From positions 1,116,001-1,180,000 of the forward strand of contig JAKIMF020000005.1 of NCBI GenBank assembly GCA_022605425.2: a stretch of 64,000 nucleotides of DNA. Reading direction: 5' to 3'. Positions 1 through 10,607 of the stretch are shown here, piece after piece. A program made the position numbers and the translations under genes. The notes beneath the pieces were generated by a model that did no database searches, was not told the origin of the DNA, and saw only the letters and a list, made by a program, of their open reading frames with translations. The DNA is from Hamiltosporidium tvaerminnensis FI-OER-3-3 (taxonomy: Eukaryota; Fungi; Microsporidia). Position 1 is the stretch's first letter. Each line of letters begins with the position of its first letter.

Positions 1-1615
1 GTGTTAGTTTTTTATGCATCAGATCTCCTTAAATAACACGTAATGATGCTTTTTCCTAGCTCTCTTCGGCATTTAGCCCGTATTCACTTCCTCATCGTCG
101 ACAAAAAGAAATTTTTTCGACAGTCTTTTTGAGTACTATAGATTGTATACCTGCCTCTACATTCATAGGTATTTGTAGTCTTTTAACAACATCTTATGGT
201 ATTTTGTTCCAATACAGTTCCAAGTCATCACATAAGGAATTATCTCTACACTACATTTATGAACGATGGCGAACTTATTTGCTAATAGTTCGAACTTCTT
301 AAGTTTCTCCTTTTCAACTATTTAAAGAAAGTTTTAGATGAGATTCCTAATTTAATGAGGGTTATCCTATTCTGTCTCTTGTCTCAAATAAATATATCGG
401 GTATTTTACACCGAATTTTGACATCTGTTTTTATCCTAGTGTTCACTTTTACCTCTGTACGCTCATTATCAAAAAAATTTTTTACACCGATCGACTCATA
501 ATTTGTTTTAAAGACTTGAATAAATATTTATTTAGTAGGATTAAGTATTTGCATTGTGAAACTTCATTTTTTGGTCTAGTATAGTCACTCTAGCTTTTTC
601 TCGCATCTTGTTGCTAAGAAGTCTACCGTTAGACATATTTAGTTGCTGCGTGTGAAATACCTTCGGTACTCCGGCAATCTACTTCTATCTTATATAGAAC
701 AGAACACTGCTTGATCAGGTGGTCTTATACTTCCTTTCTTTAACCATCTTGAAGAGTCATTCACACTTACAAGCTCGTTATTACTAGCTTTATAACATTG
801 AATGTAGTTTTCGGTTTTTGATTTCGTTATATAGGTTAGCTAGTTGAGCTTCTTCCAATTTCTTTTTTGTGACTTCCTCTTCTAACTCGTATTTAATTTT
901 TAAAATTTTTTTTTTAGTGAAAAGTGGGTTTTAATATTATTGTCAACCTTTAGGATTGCTGCTCTTTTGGTCGATGTATTTTTATGTTTTTCAAGACAAT
1001 CCAAGTGTTGCAAAAGCATCTTCGCTTTTAAAGTCTACACTATATAAACTTCTTCATAGTTCTTTACGAGGAAGGTATAGACGTTATTTCATCCTAGGCG
1101 TAGATGTATTTACTCTGTACTGGCAGTGCACGCACTGCATAATCTAACTTAAAGAAGTCAGTTGTTCCAGGCAAGGTACTTCTATTTGGCAGTGGGTGGA
1201 CGATATCGGATGTTGATATTTTGCAGAAAATAATTTTTTAGCATTCTATTTTGTTGCAAAAAAGTTTTTCTATTCGGGCTTTATGTTTTATTGTACTTCC
1301 TCGTACGACATACTTCTTAAGATTCCTCTGCTATATTCTTTTGTTCTTGAGTATTTTTAAACACCTTTTCATTGAAAAAGAGTGGCTGTATCTTCACAAC
1401 ACGGGTTTTTTATAGCCGATTTCTCTTTGTTTATTTCTAATCGTATATTGTTCATTCACCTCTTCCGTAATTTCCTTCAATGTTTGTTCATCTTTTTCAG
1501 GGAGCAGAGATCATCAAATAATAATATTATTAGCCTCACGGGATTCTGCATCTGTCTTTATTGTCATCTTTGGGTTTTTTCATTAAGCTTTCGGCTCCAT
1601 AGATCAATACACAAT
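1..1615 (-). mobile_element. Degraded, 5'-truncated R4/Dong-like non-LTR retrotransposon (diverged relative of 5593-9394)
   Basis: Colinear similarity to 5850-7450, e.g. gtcatcacataagg (VMT), tcgcatcttgttgctaag (LATRCE), cgcactgcat and cattaagctttcggct; many stops and indels; runs off the window edge. Confidence 0.85.
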
Positions 1616-4600
1616 AAAATGAAATAAATACAAAAATTTATACAAAGAAAGAAAATATTTGGGTATTTTTATGAAGAAGTTGTAATAAAAGAGAATTTAT
1701 ATGGTTTTCTACATTTTTTAAACAATTAATCATATTTTTCATCATTTCAAGTCAAAAAATATAATAACAAATAATAATAGCATATTTTTTTTAGAAATTG
1801 ATATAGTTAAGGAGTTCCCCAACATGTAAGAAATTCAGTTAAATTTATTGGAGAAATAATCAATAAAAAAACCAAGTGTTTGTTTCTTATTTAGCTTTCA
1901 ACATTTTTGTATATTTTATTTTAAGGAATGTTTCTTCAAATAGATAGATTTTGTTAAAAGCGTAAATAAAACTTCGAGAAAATGTATGAACTTGGTGTAA
2001 ATACGAAGCTGAAAGACTCTTATCAAATTCAACTAATTTTGAATTCAATTATTTTTTTAAAAAGCATTTGTGCATTGCATATCTATTACTTACAATTAAA
2101 CTCCGGTACTAGCCTTTCAAGATCAGCCGAAAAGAGATTTAAAGAATTTAAATATGATTTTTTTGCAAAATGAAACCAGAAAAACTACATCAAAATATAT
2201 TTTCAAAGTATCTAAAGTTTTTATTACAGGTCTTATAAACAGCTTTATTTTTTTTCGCTAAATATTGCGCACCTATTCAAATGAATAAGAAATTTGTTCG
2301 AGCCTTCGCGTAAAGAAGACTATTTTGATAGAATTTTTAAATATGATTCAAAATTCGGGTTCTGTCTTTTTTTTATTTCTTTGAGATTTAAAATTAAAAT
2401 GCTTCAATAATTCAGATTAATCCGTACAAAAAAACAACTTCCATACTCATTTATTGCTTTGTGAATCAGAAAGAAGCTGAGTCATTTCAGAAAAAATTTC
2501 AATGATTGCAATAACTTTAAAACTGCATATAAATGTTTGTACGGCAAGTTAGCGAACTGAACTAGTCTGTTGTAAATCATCTTCGGAAATTTCCCAAATT
2601 TACTCACGTAATTGACAAGTTTTAAGTACGTGCAATTCTATATAGTTGAAGGTTAAATGACGGGTATATAAGCCGTGACAATTTCAAGTATACTCCATAT
2701 AACGATTTTTTAGAAATAATAAATGTATTATAAATGATTTTGAATTACCTTAATCTCCTGATTGAAAATATAAGAGTAACAAAAACATATTTCCTCGCAT
2801 TATATCTTTCCTTATTTAGTTGTAATATAATTTGAATATCACCTTCTATGATTTTTCGACTTGATCGTAAATATCTTGTCTATTGGCCGTGCTTTGAATA
2901 CTAAAAACATCTAATGGTTCTTTATAAACCTTCCATTTGTCAATAAAATTTTCGAATAAATAATTTTTCAGTAATATTTGAAATATCATTTAGCACATCC
3001 AGAGCCAAATAAAACTATCCGAGGGTCTGATTTATATCGAATGTAATGTCCATAAATCTTCTTGCTACTGTGTTTGGAGATAAAAAAATCATTTAAAATG
3101 TATTGAACCCTTCAAGGCAATATCCCCAAGATTTCTTCTTTGATAAGATTTAAATAATTCTAGTTCTTAAATTAGTTTACCATGTTTTCCAAAAAATTAT
3201 TGTTACATAAAAATTTTATGTATCTTACAGCTTGTCCAGCTCTTAATTTCTATAATAAATTATATTAGAATTTACATCCTCGTTTTTAAGCTTGAAATTT
3301 CGTTCCTAAAATCTACAAACTATTCCGAGATTCAGAGAAAGATTAGTTTAAGAAGAAGCATTTGATACTATTGATTCGCTAGATATGTAGTTTCCTCAGA
3401 CAAAAATTGGTATTACTACATAAAGCAAAAACAACACCACTTCTGTTTTTCCTTTCTGTATTCATTATCTATTTTGTTTTGTCGGTACGAATATTAAGTT
3501 AAATTAGGGAAATAAGAAAATACAACGCATTAGCTAGAGAGAATATCAAAATTTGTTTCTGAAATGCAGGTTTGTTTGCTGGTAATCCGCTCTTAATCTT
3601 TTAAAAAGAAAGTTTATGTTTTTTCGAAACCTTGCCAATCAAAAGAAGACATGTCTCTAGTACGCCTACCTTTAACGAAGCTCTAATTCCCCGTGGATTG
3701 TATTCCATCCATAAAGAAAGAAACAACCTAATATAAAAATAAAACGAGATCACAGTAAGGTACACCACTAGATTTTAACTAAAAAAAATAAAGGAGCGTT
3801 TATTTAGCAGTTGAAGAACAACTAACACAACGTAAAGTTCATAAGGAGTGATCTTTATATCTCCTAAGACTCAAAGCCACAAAACTTTTTTTTGATAATT
3901 TAATATTGTACAATAATTTCTATTGCAGGTAATGATAAAAATCTGTTTAAAAAATAACTAACCCATAATGCTATGTTATTTTTTTGATAAGCACGAACAG
4001 CCTAGCATATTAATCAAAACCCCAGACTTTAGATCTGAAAACCAGAAATATGAAGCCAAGCAGGAGAGAATGCATTTTATTTATCATCAGGTTAAATACT
4101 AGTCGAATTGCGTACTTGCAAGTCAATATAAGAATTTATAGAAAACCAGTCTTTAGTGTCGTTTTCTTGTTAAATCATGCAAAAAAAACGTTTATTCTGA
4201 AGCTATGGGTTACCATTCATTTTTAATCAAATATAAGAATAAAATAAAAACCACCTAGCTTAAGACCAATGGAGCAAGTGTTAAAAGAAATAGAATAAAT
4301 AAAAAAATCATTCGCAAAGATATTCCTTTTTTTATAAGAAAACAGCAAAAAACCATTAATTCTGGTTTTTTTATAGTAATTTCGTGTAAGCTGAACACAA
4401 ATATTTATCTTCTTCTTACTATTTTAGAAAAATATTTATATTATTTTTAAGATTGTGTCGAGAATAACACTTTTAAAAACACTCTGATGAAATTTGTATT
4501 TGAAACATGCAAAAATGATATCTAAAGATTTTTTTTAGAATGATAATCACACTTAATATTCGGTATTTTATAAAAAACTATAAAGAGAAGAAAGTCTACA

Positions 4601-4787
4601 AATGCTAAAACTTTTTTCTAAAAGCATAGTTTGTATTTTCTTTATTAAAATTAAATGAAGAAAACCATTAAACTTTATGATAATTATAATGTATAAGCAT
4701 AGAGACCTAGCCTTCCTTTTTTAGATTAGGAGAAAGAGAGACAAAAAAACGCAGAAAAGTATATATTTTATAAAGCATGTAAAGCTA

Positions 4788-5014
4788 GTTTCCCCTGCCA
4801 TGCCGGGAAAGATTGGCTTAGAGTATACTCTGCTTGTGTAAGAGGCGACTAAAAGGGACCGGTCCCCCGTTTTAGGCATAAGGCTAACAACTTACCTTTT
4901 CAAACTACACTGTTACTAACCCCGAAAGAGTAGAAAAACCCCCTGGAAAAAAAACCAATGAGCGGTATTCAGAAGGAAGGCCAAGGCTCGTACAAGGGTG
5001 AATGTTGATGATAA
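4788..5014 (+). mobile_element. Short non-autonomous RTE derivative (5' UTR fused to 3' tail), copy 1
   Basis: 5' part matches the RTE 5' end at 17330-17466 (tgcttgt(c)gtaag, ggctaacaa); 3' part gaaggccaaggctcg matches the RTE 3' end at 14395-14445; TSD catgtaaagcta 4776-4787 / catgtgaagcta 5015-5026. Confidence 0.85.
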
Positions 5015-5592
5015 CATGTGAAGCTACGTATCAGGTTATACCCTGTGATATGATCTTGCAGCGTCTGGTAAACTTATAAAAACTTCCAAGATATATTTTA
5101 GCTGAAAATTTGTTTGATTCCGTTTTATTAGAGTGATAAGAGAGATTTAAAATCCTGGGAGAACCCAGGTTTGATGTCGTCAAAGAAAACACTAAAGCAA
5201 CAAAAATTAACAAACTTTAGGCACTTGCCCTGTTTGTTTATTAAAATTTACAGATTTTTAGATTAAAAGGTTTAATATTTATGTTACTTATGAATAATGA
5301 TATTTTGTTAAAGTACAGTCATGAGTAAACCTCAAAACTGTGTCAATATCCAAAAAAATATGAAATATGCTACCTGTAGAAAATTATGTTAGTTTTTTAA
5401 AGAAAATTGAACTATCTAGCAGTTGTTAAATAACTAATTGTAAAGAAAATGTATGTTCTTCGTTCTTTCTAGTCTAATTTAAAATATTTTCAAAACATAA
5501 GCATCTTTTATGGTAAATTAAACCTAACAATATAAAAGTAAATCATCATAATATTTTAAAATTCCTAATCTTCTTTATGCTTTCTTTAAAAA

Positions 5593-8500
5593 TTTATTTA
5601 ATAAAATTCTGGGTTAAAATATTTTAACATTTTTATATGTTTTCTTCTACCTCTTTAACCACTATTGTTTCTTCTTCCAAATCCGACTCTTCATTTATGT
5701 TATTGGTCGGTTCCTCCAGAGTGGTTCCTCCTTGTGAAATAAGGGGTGTATTATTTTTTGGTTTTAAAATTTTAACACCATCTTCCTCTCTTTTCGCTTC
5801 TTTTAAAGGGGGTATTGGTTCCTCATGCATCTCTGATCTCATAATAACACCCATTGACGCTCTCTCCCAGCTCTCTTCGGCATTTAGTCCTGACTCAAGT
5901 CCTCTTCGTCGATCAAAGGAAATTGTTTCGACTGTTTTCTTAAGTACTATATACTGAATGTATGCCTCTACATTCATGGGTATTTCTAGTCTTTTAAGAT
6001 GAGATTTATGGTATTTTGTCACAATACCGTCCCAGGTCATCACATAAGGGATTATCTCAACACTACACCTATAAATAAGACCCAACTCATTGGCTAGCAG
6101 GTCATACTTCCTAAGTTTTTCAGTTTCAACTATTTGAAGTGAATCTTGGGAAGTGATTCCTACTTCAATGAGTGTTATCTTATTCTTCTTCTTATCTAAA
6201 ATAAATATGTCCGGTCTGTTATTCCGAATTTTAACATCAGTTTTAATTCTGGTGTCCACTCTTATCTCTGCATACTCATTATCAAGAATTTCTTGAACTG
6301 AGTGGCTCCTTATTCGTTTTGAAGACTTAAACTTATATCTATTTAGAAGAAGAAGGTGTAGGCATCTGACCACTTCATTATGCCGTCTAGTGTAATCATG
6401 GCCTAGCATTTTTTCGCATCTAGTTGCTAGATGATCCACAGTCTTACCAGACTTCCCGCAATGTTGACACACACCATCTGCTCCCCAGAATACATTTCTA
6501 TCCTGGATATAGCAGAACACAGCTTCATTTCGTGGCCTAATATTTCCTCTCTTTAGCCACCTTGAAGAGTCACTAACACTCACAAGCTCATTTTTTCTTG
6601 CATTATATAACTTTGAATGGAGTTTTCGTTTTTCTATTTCGTTATATAGTTTTGCAAGTTGAGCTTCTTCTAAACTTTTCTTAGTGACTTCTTCTACCAA
6701 CCTGTACTTTACTTTTAAGAAGCCTTTTATTAGTGCAAGATGGGTTTTATTATTATTCTCCACCTTGAGGATTGCTGCTCGTCTAGTTGATATTTCTTTA
6801 CTTTTTTCCAGACAATCCAAGAGTTGCAGAAGCATATGTTCGCTTCTCAACTCAACACTATGTAGGCCTCTTCCAAGTTCTGTTCTAGGAAGATACAACC
6901 GCTCTTTACATCCTGGGCGGAGATGTATCTTATTTTTAACCAACACCGCACGCACTGCATCATCTAACTTAGAGAAGTCAGCCGGTTCAAGTCGAAGTAC
7001 TCCTATGTGGTAGTTGATTAACGATATCGCATGTTGATTGATTGCAGAAAATAAATTTTTTGCATTTAATCTAGTGTGACAAAGTCTTTCAACTCTTGAT
7101 ATAAGTTTGCTTAGTACTTCTTCAAATGAGCTACGTGTTGGAATTCCTCTGCCATCTTCTATTATTCCTAAATATTTGTAAACACTAACACCTTCTAGAA
7201 AAGTAACAGTATCTTCACAACACGTATCATTTGTGGCTGACTTCTCTTTGTTAATCTCTAAGCCAATCACCTCTAAAAATTCTTTTGCCTCGCCTGTCAT
7301 AGCACTCAATGTGGAGCTATCTTTTGCAAGGTGCTTAAGATCATCAATAAACAAGAGATGATTAGTAGAATAGGATTCTGCATCTGTTTGTACTGTCACT
7401 TTTGTGTATTTTTCATTAAGCTTTCGGCTTAATGGATCCATACACAACACAAATAACAAAGGTGACAGACTATCTCCTTGTAGAATCCCTCTATCAATCT
7501 TCTTGCTCATGATTTTTTCAGGCCCTACTGATATATCAATTTTCCATTTTGATATAATTACCTTAATAAATTTCAGGATCCAATCAGGTAAATTAAGGTT
7601 TTCAATGCATTGAGTTAAATAAGCATGATCTATTGAATCATAAGCTTTTTTAACATCAATCCATGTTGCCTTAAGATTATTTCCATACTCTTTATTTAAG
7701 GCAATATTCAGTAGAGCCTGCTCTTTCGCTCCCTGCACACCTCTTACCGCCCCTAGTTGGTTCTCTGCAAGCAACCCTCGCCTTTCCACTTCAAGTTGAA
7801 CGACTTTCGTTACACACTTTGTCGTTAATTTATAGAGGTTGGACATACAAGTGATTGGCCTGTAGTCAGAGCCTCTTCGTGGAATTCCTTTCGGTATCAA
7901 ATACGTAAGCCCGCAGTAAAACCAATCAGCTTGAGGTGTTCCTTCTAAACATATAACTTTCACAATATCATAAAGATATTTGTGAAGAGTTGTAAGTTTC
8001 TTAATGAAAAAATTGTAAATACCATCAATTCCAGCAGCTTTCCAATTAGGGAGCCAATTAATGATATTCACAAATTCATCAAGTGAAGGAAACGTGGTCG
8101 GATGATTATCTGATACAAATGGAATCAAATAATCATCGTACGTGACTGTGTTCTCATTTTTGTTCCACATTGTAGACCAAAAATTCACAATTTCATCACG
8201 GCTAACCACATGCTCGGATTCCACACGCTCGGATAACCCACGATAAAATCGACCTCGGAAAAGCTCAAACATACGATTCTCTTTTCGGAATTGCTTCCTA
8301 CTTTCATGCATCGTAATTTTTTTCTCGTAAACATTCAAAGACTCATTCTTCTTAACTAAAGCCTCAGAAAGATCAGTTACGCTGCTCAAGTTTAAATTAA
8401 ACTCTCGCATGATTTTCTTAAGGCTCTTCGTTTCCGAAGTGGAGAGCTTTTCCTGCTTACGAGCTTTCTCGAGGAGATCTTTGGAAAGTACTAACTTAGA

Positions 8501-9394
8501 AATTTTACTTTCTATGTTTTCCTTCCAAGCGGATCTAGGCTTCTCTTTACGTGTTGCCTCGTCATAGCATACCTGCGCAGCTTGCATGATATACGCGGCT
8601 TCCGTAATTGACTCAGGTACATGAGCTCCTGCATATTCACCGACTACTCGATTTATGAGATCCAGAACTTTACTATCAACCAATTCATTTGGATGTTTTC
8701 TAGTTCGGACTACCACTTTTCCAATTTCGTTCTCAGAGATTTCTTTGATTTTACTCAAGAATTTATCTCTCAGGTTTATGTACTCCGTGGTGTCGGTCAA
8801 GGTGCATGTATCAGCGAGACAAGTGGCGATTCTACGTCGCTCTCCATTCTCTTCTGATTTTACATCCTTTCCCATCTCACTTTGTGCCAATTTTTTTAAC
8901 ACTTCGAGAGTTTCAGTGCAGCCGAATTTCTCATTATAGTACCTGTGAAGCTCTGTCCAGCCATTTCTTGGCATTCTTTCAAACCTTGTCTGTACTGCAA
9001 AAAAAACAATTCGAGGCCATTCCTTCGGGTCGGCTGTTACGGAATCGAATATCGTCCGCAATGCCATTAGCCTGTTACCTTCCGGAATAGCTAGAGTACA
9101 GGGGCTTGTCATGTCGTACGATGGCTCGCACGCAGAGACTTCAACCGAAGAGGGAATTGGTGCATTAGGCGAAGGTAAGGTGTCAAACCCACTATTTTGC
9201 ATTTTACTGCATGTTTGGCTTGGTGGTGGAGGTGTTATTGTTGTGTAGGAGGAGGAAGGTAGGGGAATCGCCGGTGGGTGTAGCTTACATTTTTGTATCT
9301 CACTATCACTCTTTTTCACCTCATCAGCGTCGTTTGCAGCCTTTATTTTGGTATTATTCGATATTTCGCTGCTAACATTTTTCTTTCTACCCAT
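5593..9394 (-). mobile_element. Full-length R4/Dong-like (RLE) non-LTR retrotransposon, 3802 bp
   Basis: Single RT+RLE ORF; TSD tttctttaaaaa(t) at 5581-5592 and 9395-9406; 40-nt 3' UTR ending ...ttattaaataaa. Confidence 0.93.
5633..9394 (-). CDS. Reverse transcriptase / restriction-like endonuclease polyprotein, 1253 aa
   Basis: RT motifs KAAGIDG, YRPIT, WIDVKKAYDS, GILQGDSLSPLLF, LFIDD, YKYLG; CCHC knuckle CQHC..TVDHLATRC; RLE motifs RHNEV, RPDI, IEVG, KLRKY. Confidence 0.95.
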   Translation of the reverse strand: MGRKKNVSSEISNNTKIKAANDADEVKKSDSEIQKCKLHPPAIPLPSSSYTTITPPPPSQTCSKMQNSGFDTLPSPNAPIPSSVEVSACEPSYDMTSPCTLAIPEGNRLMALRTIFDSVTADPKEWPRIVFFAVQTRFERMPRNGWTELHRYYNEKFGCTETLEVLKKLAQSEMGKDVKSEENGERRRIATCLADTCTLTDTTEYINLRDKFLSKIKEISENEIGKVVVRTRKHPNELVDSKVLDLINRVVGEYAGAHVPESITEAAYIMQAAQVCYDEATRKEKPRSAWKENIESKISKLVLSKDLLEKARKQEKLSTSETKSLKKIMREFNLNLSSVTDLSEALVKKNESLNVYEKKITMHESRKQFRKENRMFELFRGRFYRGLSERVESEHVVSRDEIVNFWSTMWNKNENTVTYDDYLIPFVSDNHPTTFPSLDEFVNIINWLPNWKAAGIDGIYNFFIKKLTTLHKYLYDIVKVICLEGTPQADWFYCGLTYLIPKGIPRRGSDYRPITCMSNLYKLTTKCVTKVVQLEVERRGLLAENQLGAVRGVQGAKEQALLNIALNKEYGNNLKATWIDVKKAYDSIDHAYLTQCIENLNLPDWILKFIKVIISKWKIDISVGPEKIMSKKIDRGILQGDSLSPLLFVLCMDPLSRKLNEKYTKVTVQTDAESYSTNHLLFIDDLKHLAKDSSTLSAMTGEAKEFLEVIGLEINKEKSATNDTCCEDTVTFLEGVSVYKYLGIIEDGRGIPTRSSFEEVLSKLISRVERLCHTRLNAKNLFSAINQHAISLINYHIGVLRLEPADFSKLDDAVRAVLVKNKIHLRPGCKERLYLPRTELGRGLHSVELRSEHMLLQLLDCLEKSKEISTRRAAILKVENNNKTHLALIKGFLKVKYRLVEEVTKKSLEEAQLAKLYNEIEKRKLHSKLYNARKNELVSVSDSSRWLKRGNIRPRNEAVFCYIQDRNVFWGADGVCQHCGKSGKTVDHLATRCEKMLGHDYTRRHNEVVRCLHLLLLNRYKFKSSKRIRSHSVQEILDNEYAEIRVDTRIKTDVKIRNNRPDIFILDKKKNKITLIEVGITSQDSLQIVETEKLRKYDLLANELGLIYRCSVEIIPYVMTWDGIVTKYHKSHLKRLEIPMNVEAYIQYIVLKKTVETISFDRRRGLESGLNAEESWERASMGVIMRSEMHEEPIPPLKEAKREEDGVKILKPKNNTPLISQGGTTLEEPTNNINEESDLEEETIVVKEVEENI

Positions 9395-10607
9395 TTTCTT
9401 TAAAAATAATCTTTAATTCGTTTTAAAATTTCAGGCGATTTTTGCTCTTTGGTTATTATCCGTCTAATTTTTGGCACAAAATAAACAATTGTTTTTAAAA
9501 AAAATCACTTAAATACAAATATCTAGAAGTTTTTAGCTGTCTATACGTACAGAGACTTGAATTTATGAAAATTGTTTTAATAAAAGATAGTATTCTGAAT
9601 ATACGAACAAGTCTATTAATACTTCTTAGTTTTACAAGGCTATATTATATATAATAAGTTTAATAGCGAATATTTTTAATGTTTCTTCGTTGACATTCTT
9701 ATCCCGTTTTGTTTGGGTTTGCTGTTTAATTTTATAATCGTATTTTAGATTTCTCTTCACTAAAATCTTCGAACGCTAACAAAAGCATTTAAAATTTTGT
9801 TTTAATTAACGAATTTTACTTCTCGAAAACATGTCCTAATAACATAATAATTGCAGAATTCCAATTAGCTCAAGAAATGTAATTAAACAAATATAAATTT
9901 TATAATTTATAGGTGTGAGTAAAAATGAAAAAATACTTTTAATATATAAACAAAATAGAAAATTCTTAGTAAAACTAGGTCATTAAAAAAAATATTAAAC
10001 TTTTGTTTAAAAATATATTTGGTATATTTCCCAAAGACTTGTTTTATTCATTTGTTAAATTTACGTTTCGAGAACATACAATCTATACTATTACATTTTA
10101 TCAACTTTCTTTACATTTTTTATACCATTATTTGCCATTGGATACAAAATCAAAACAAAAGAAAACTGTCATTTTAAGAAATATCATTCTGATTCGAAAA
10201 ATAATCAAATCTTAGTATTTTTTAACGAGAGAAATTCTTCAAAAAATAAAAGAATCTAATTTTTGTTTAATTAGCAATATAAAACTTAACTGAAATCTAA
10301 GTAACAGTCAATTATTGATTCTTTAAACTACAAAAAAGGGTCAACGTCGAAAAAAATTTTCGTTCATTTAAATTCTAAAAATAGTATTTTTATTCAATAA
10401 AATTTGACGTTTAGAAATACCAACAATTGTTCATACTTACTCCTTTTAATTTACAAACTTCTAAAACATTTTATAAAATTTTGATTAATTGAGATTTATA
10501 GGACAAATCATTTTTGACGTTTTTTGAAAAAAATCAAAATTTTTAACTAAAAACTAAAATAGTAAATTGATTTTAAAACTATAAATACGTATTTTTTTCT
10601 AAAATCT

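Noticed and set aside
1980-3900. Coding-like decayed sequence, also at 25000-26530 and 46350-47300
   Set aside because: No recognisable family or sustained reading frame
5637-9090. Plus-strand ORFs overlapping the RT gene, and their equivalents at 60937-63756
   Set aside because: Antisense shadows of the retrotransposon ORF
9310-9330. Hammerhead core CTGATGA..GAAA near the R4 5' end
   Set aside because: No room for stem II; explained by the codons ADEVK
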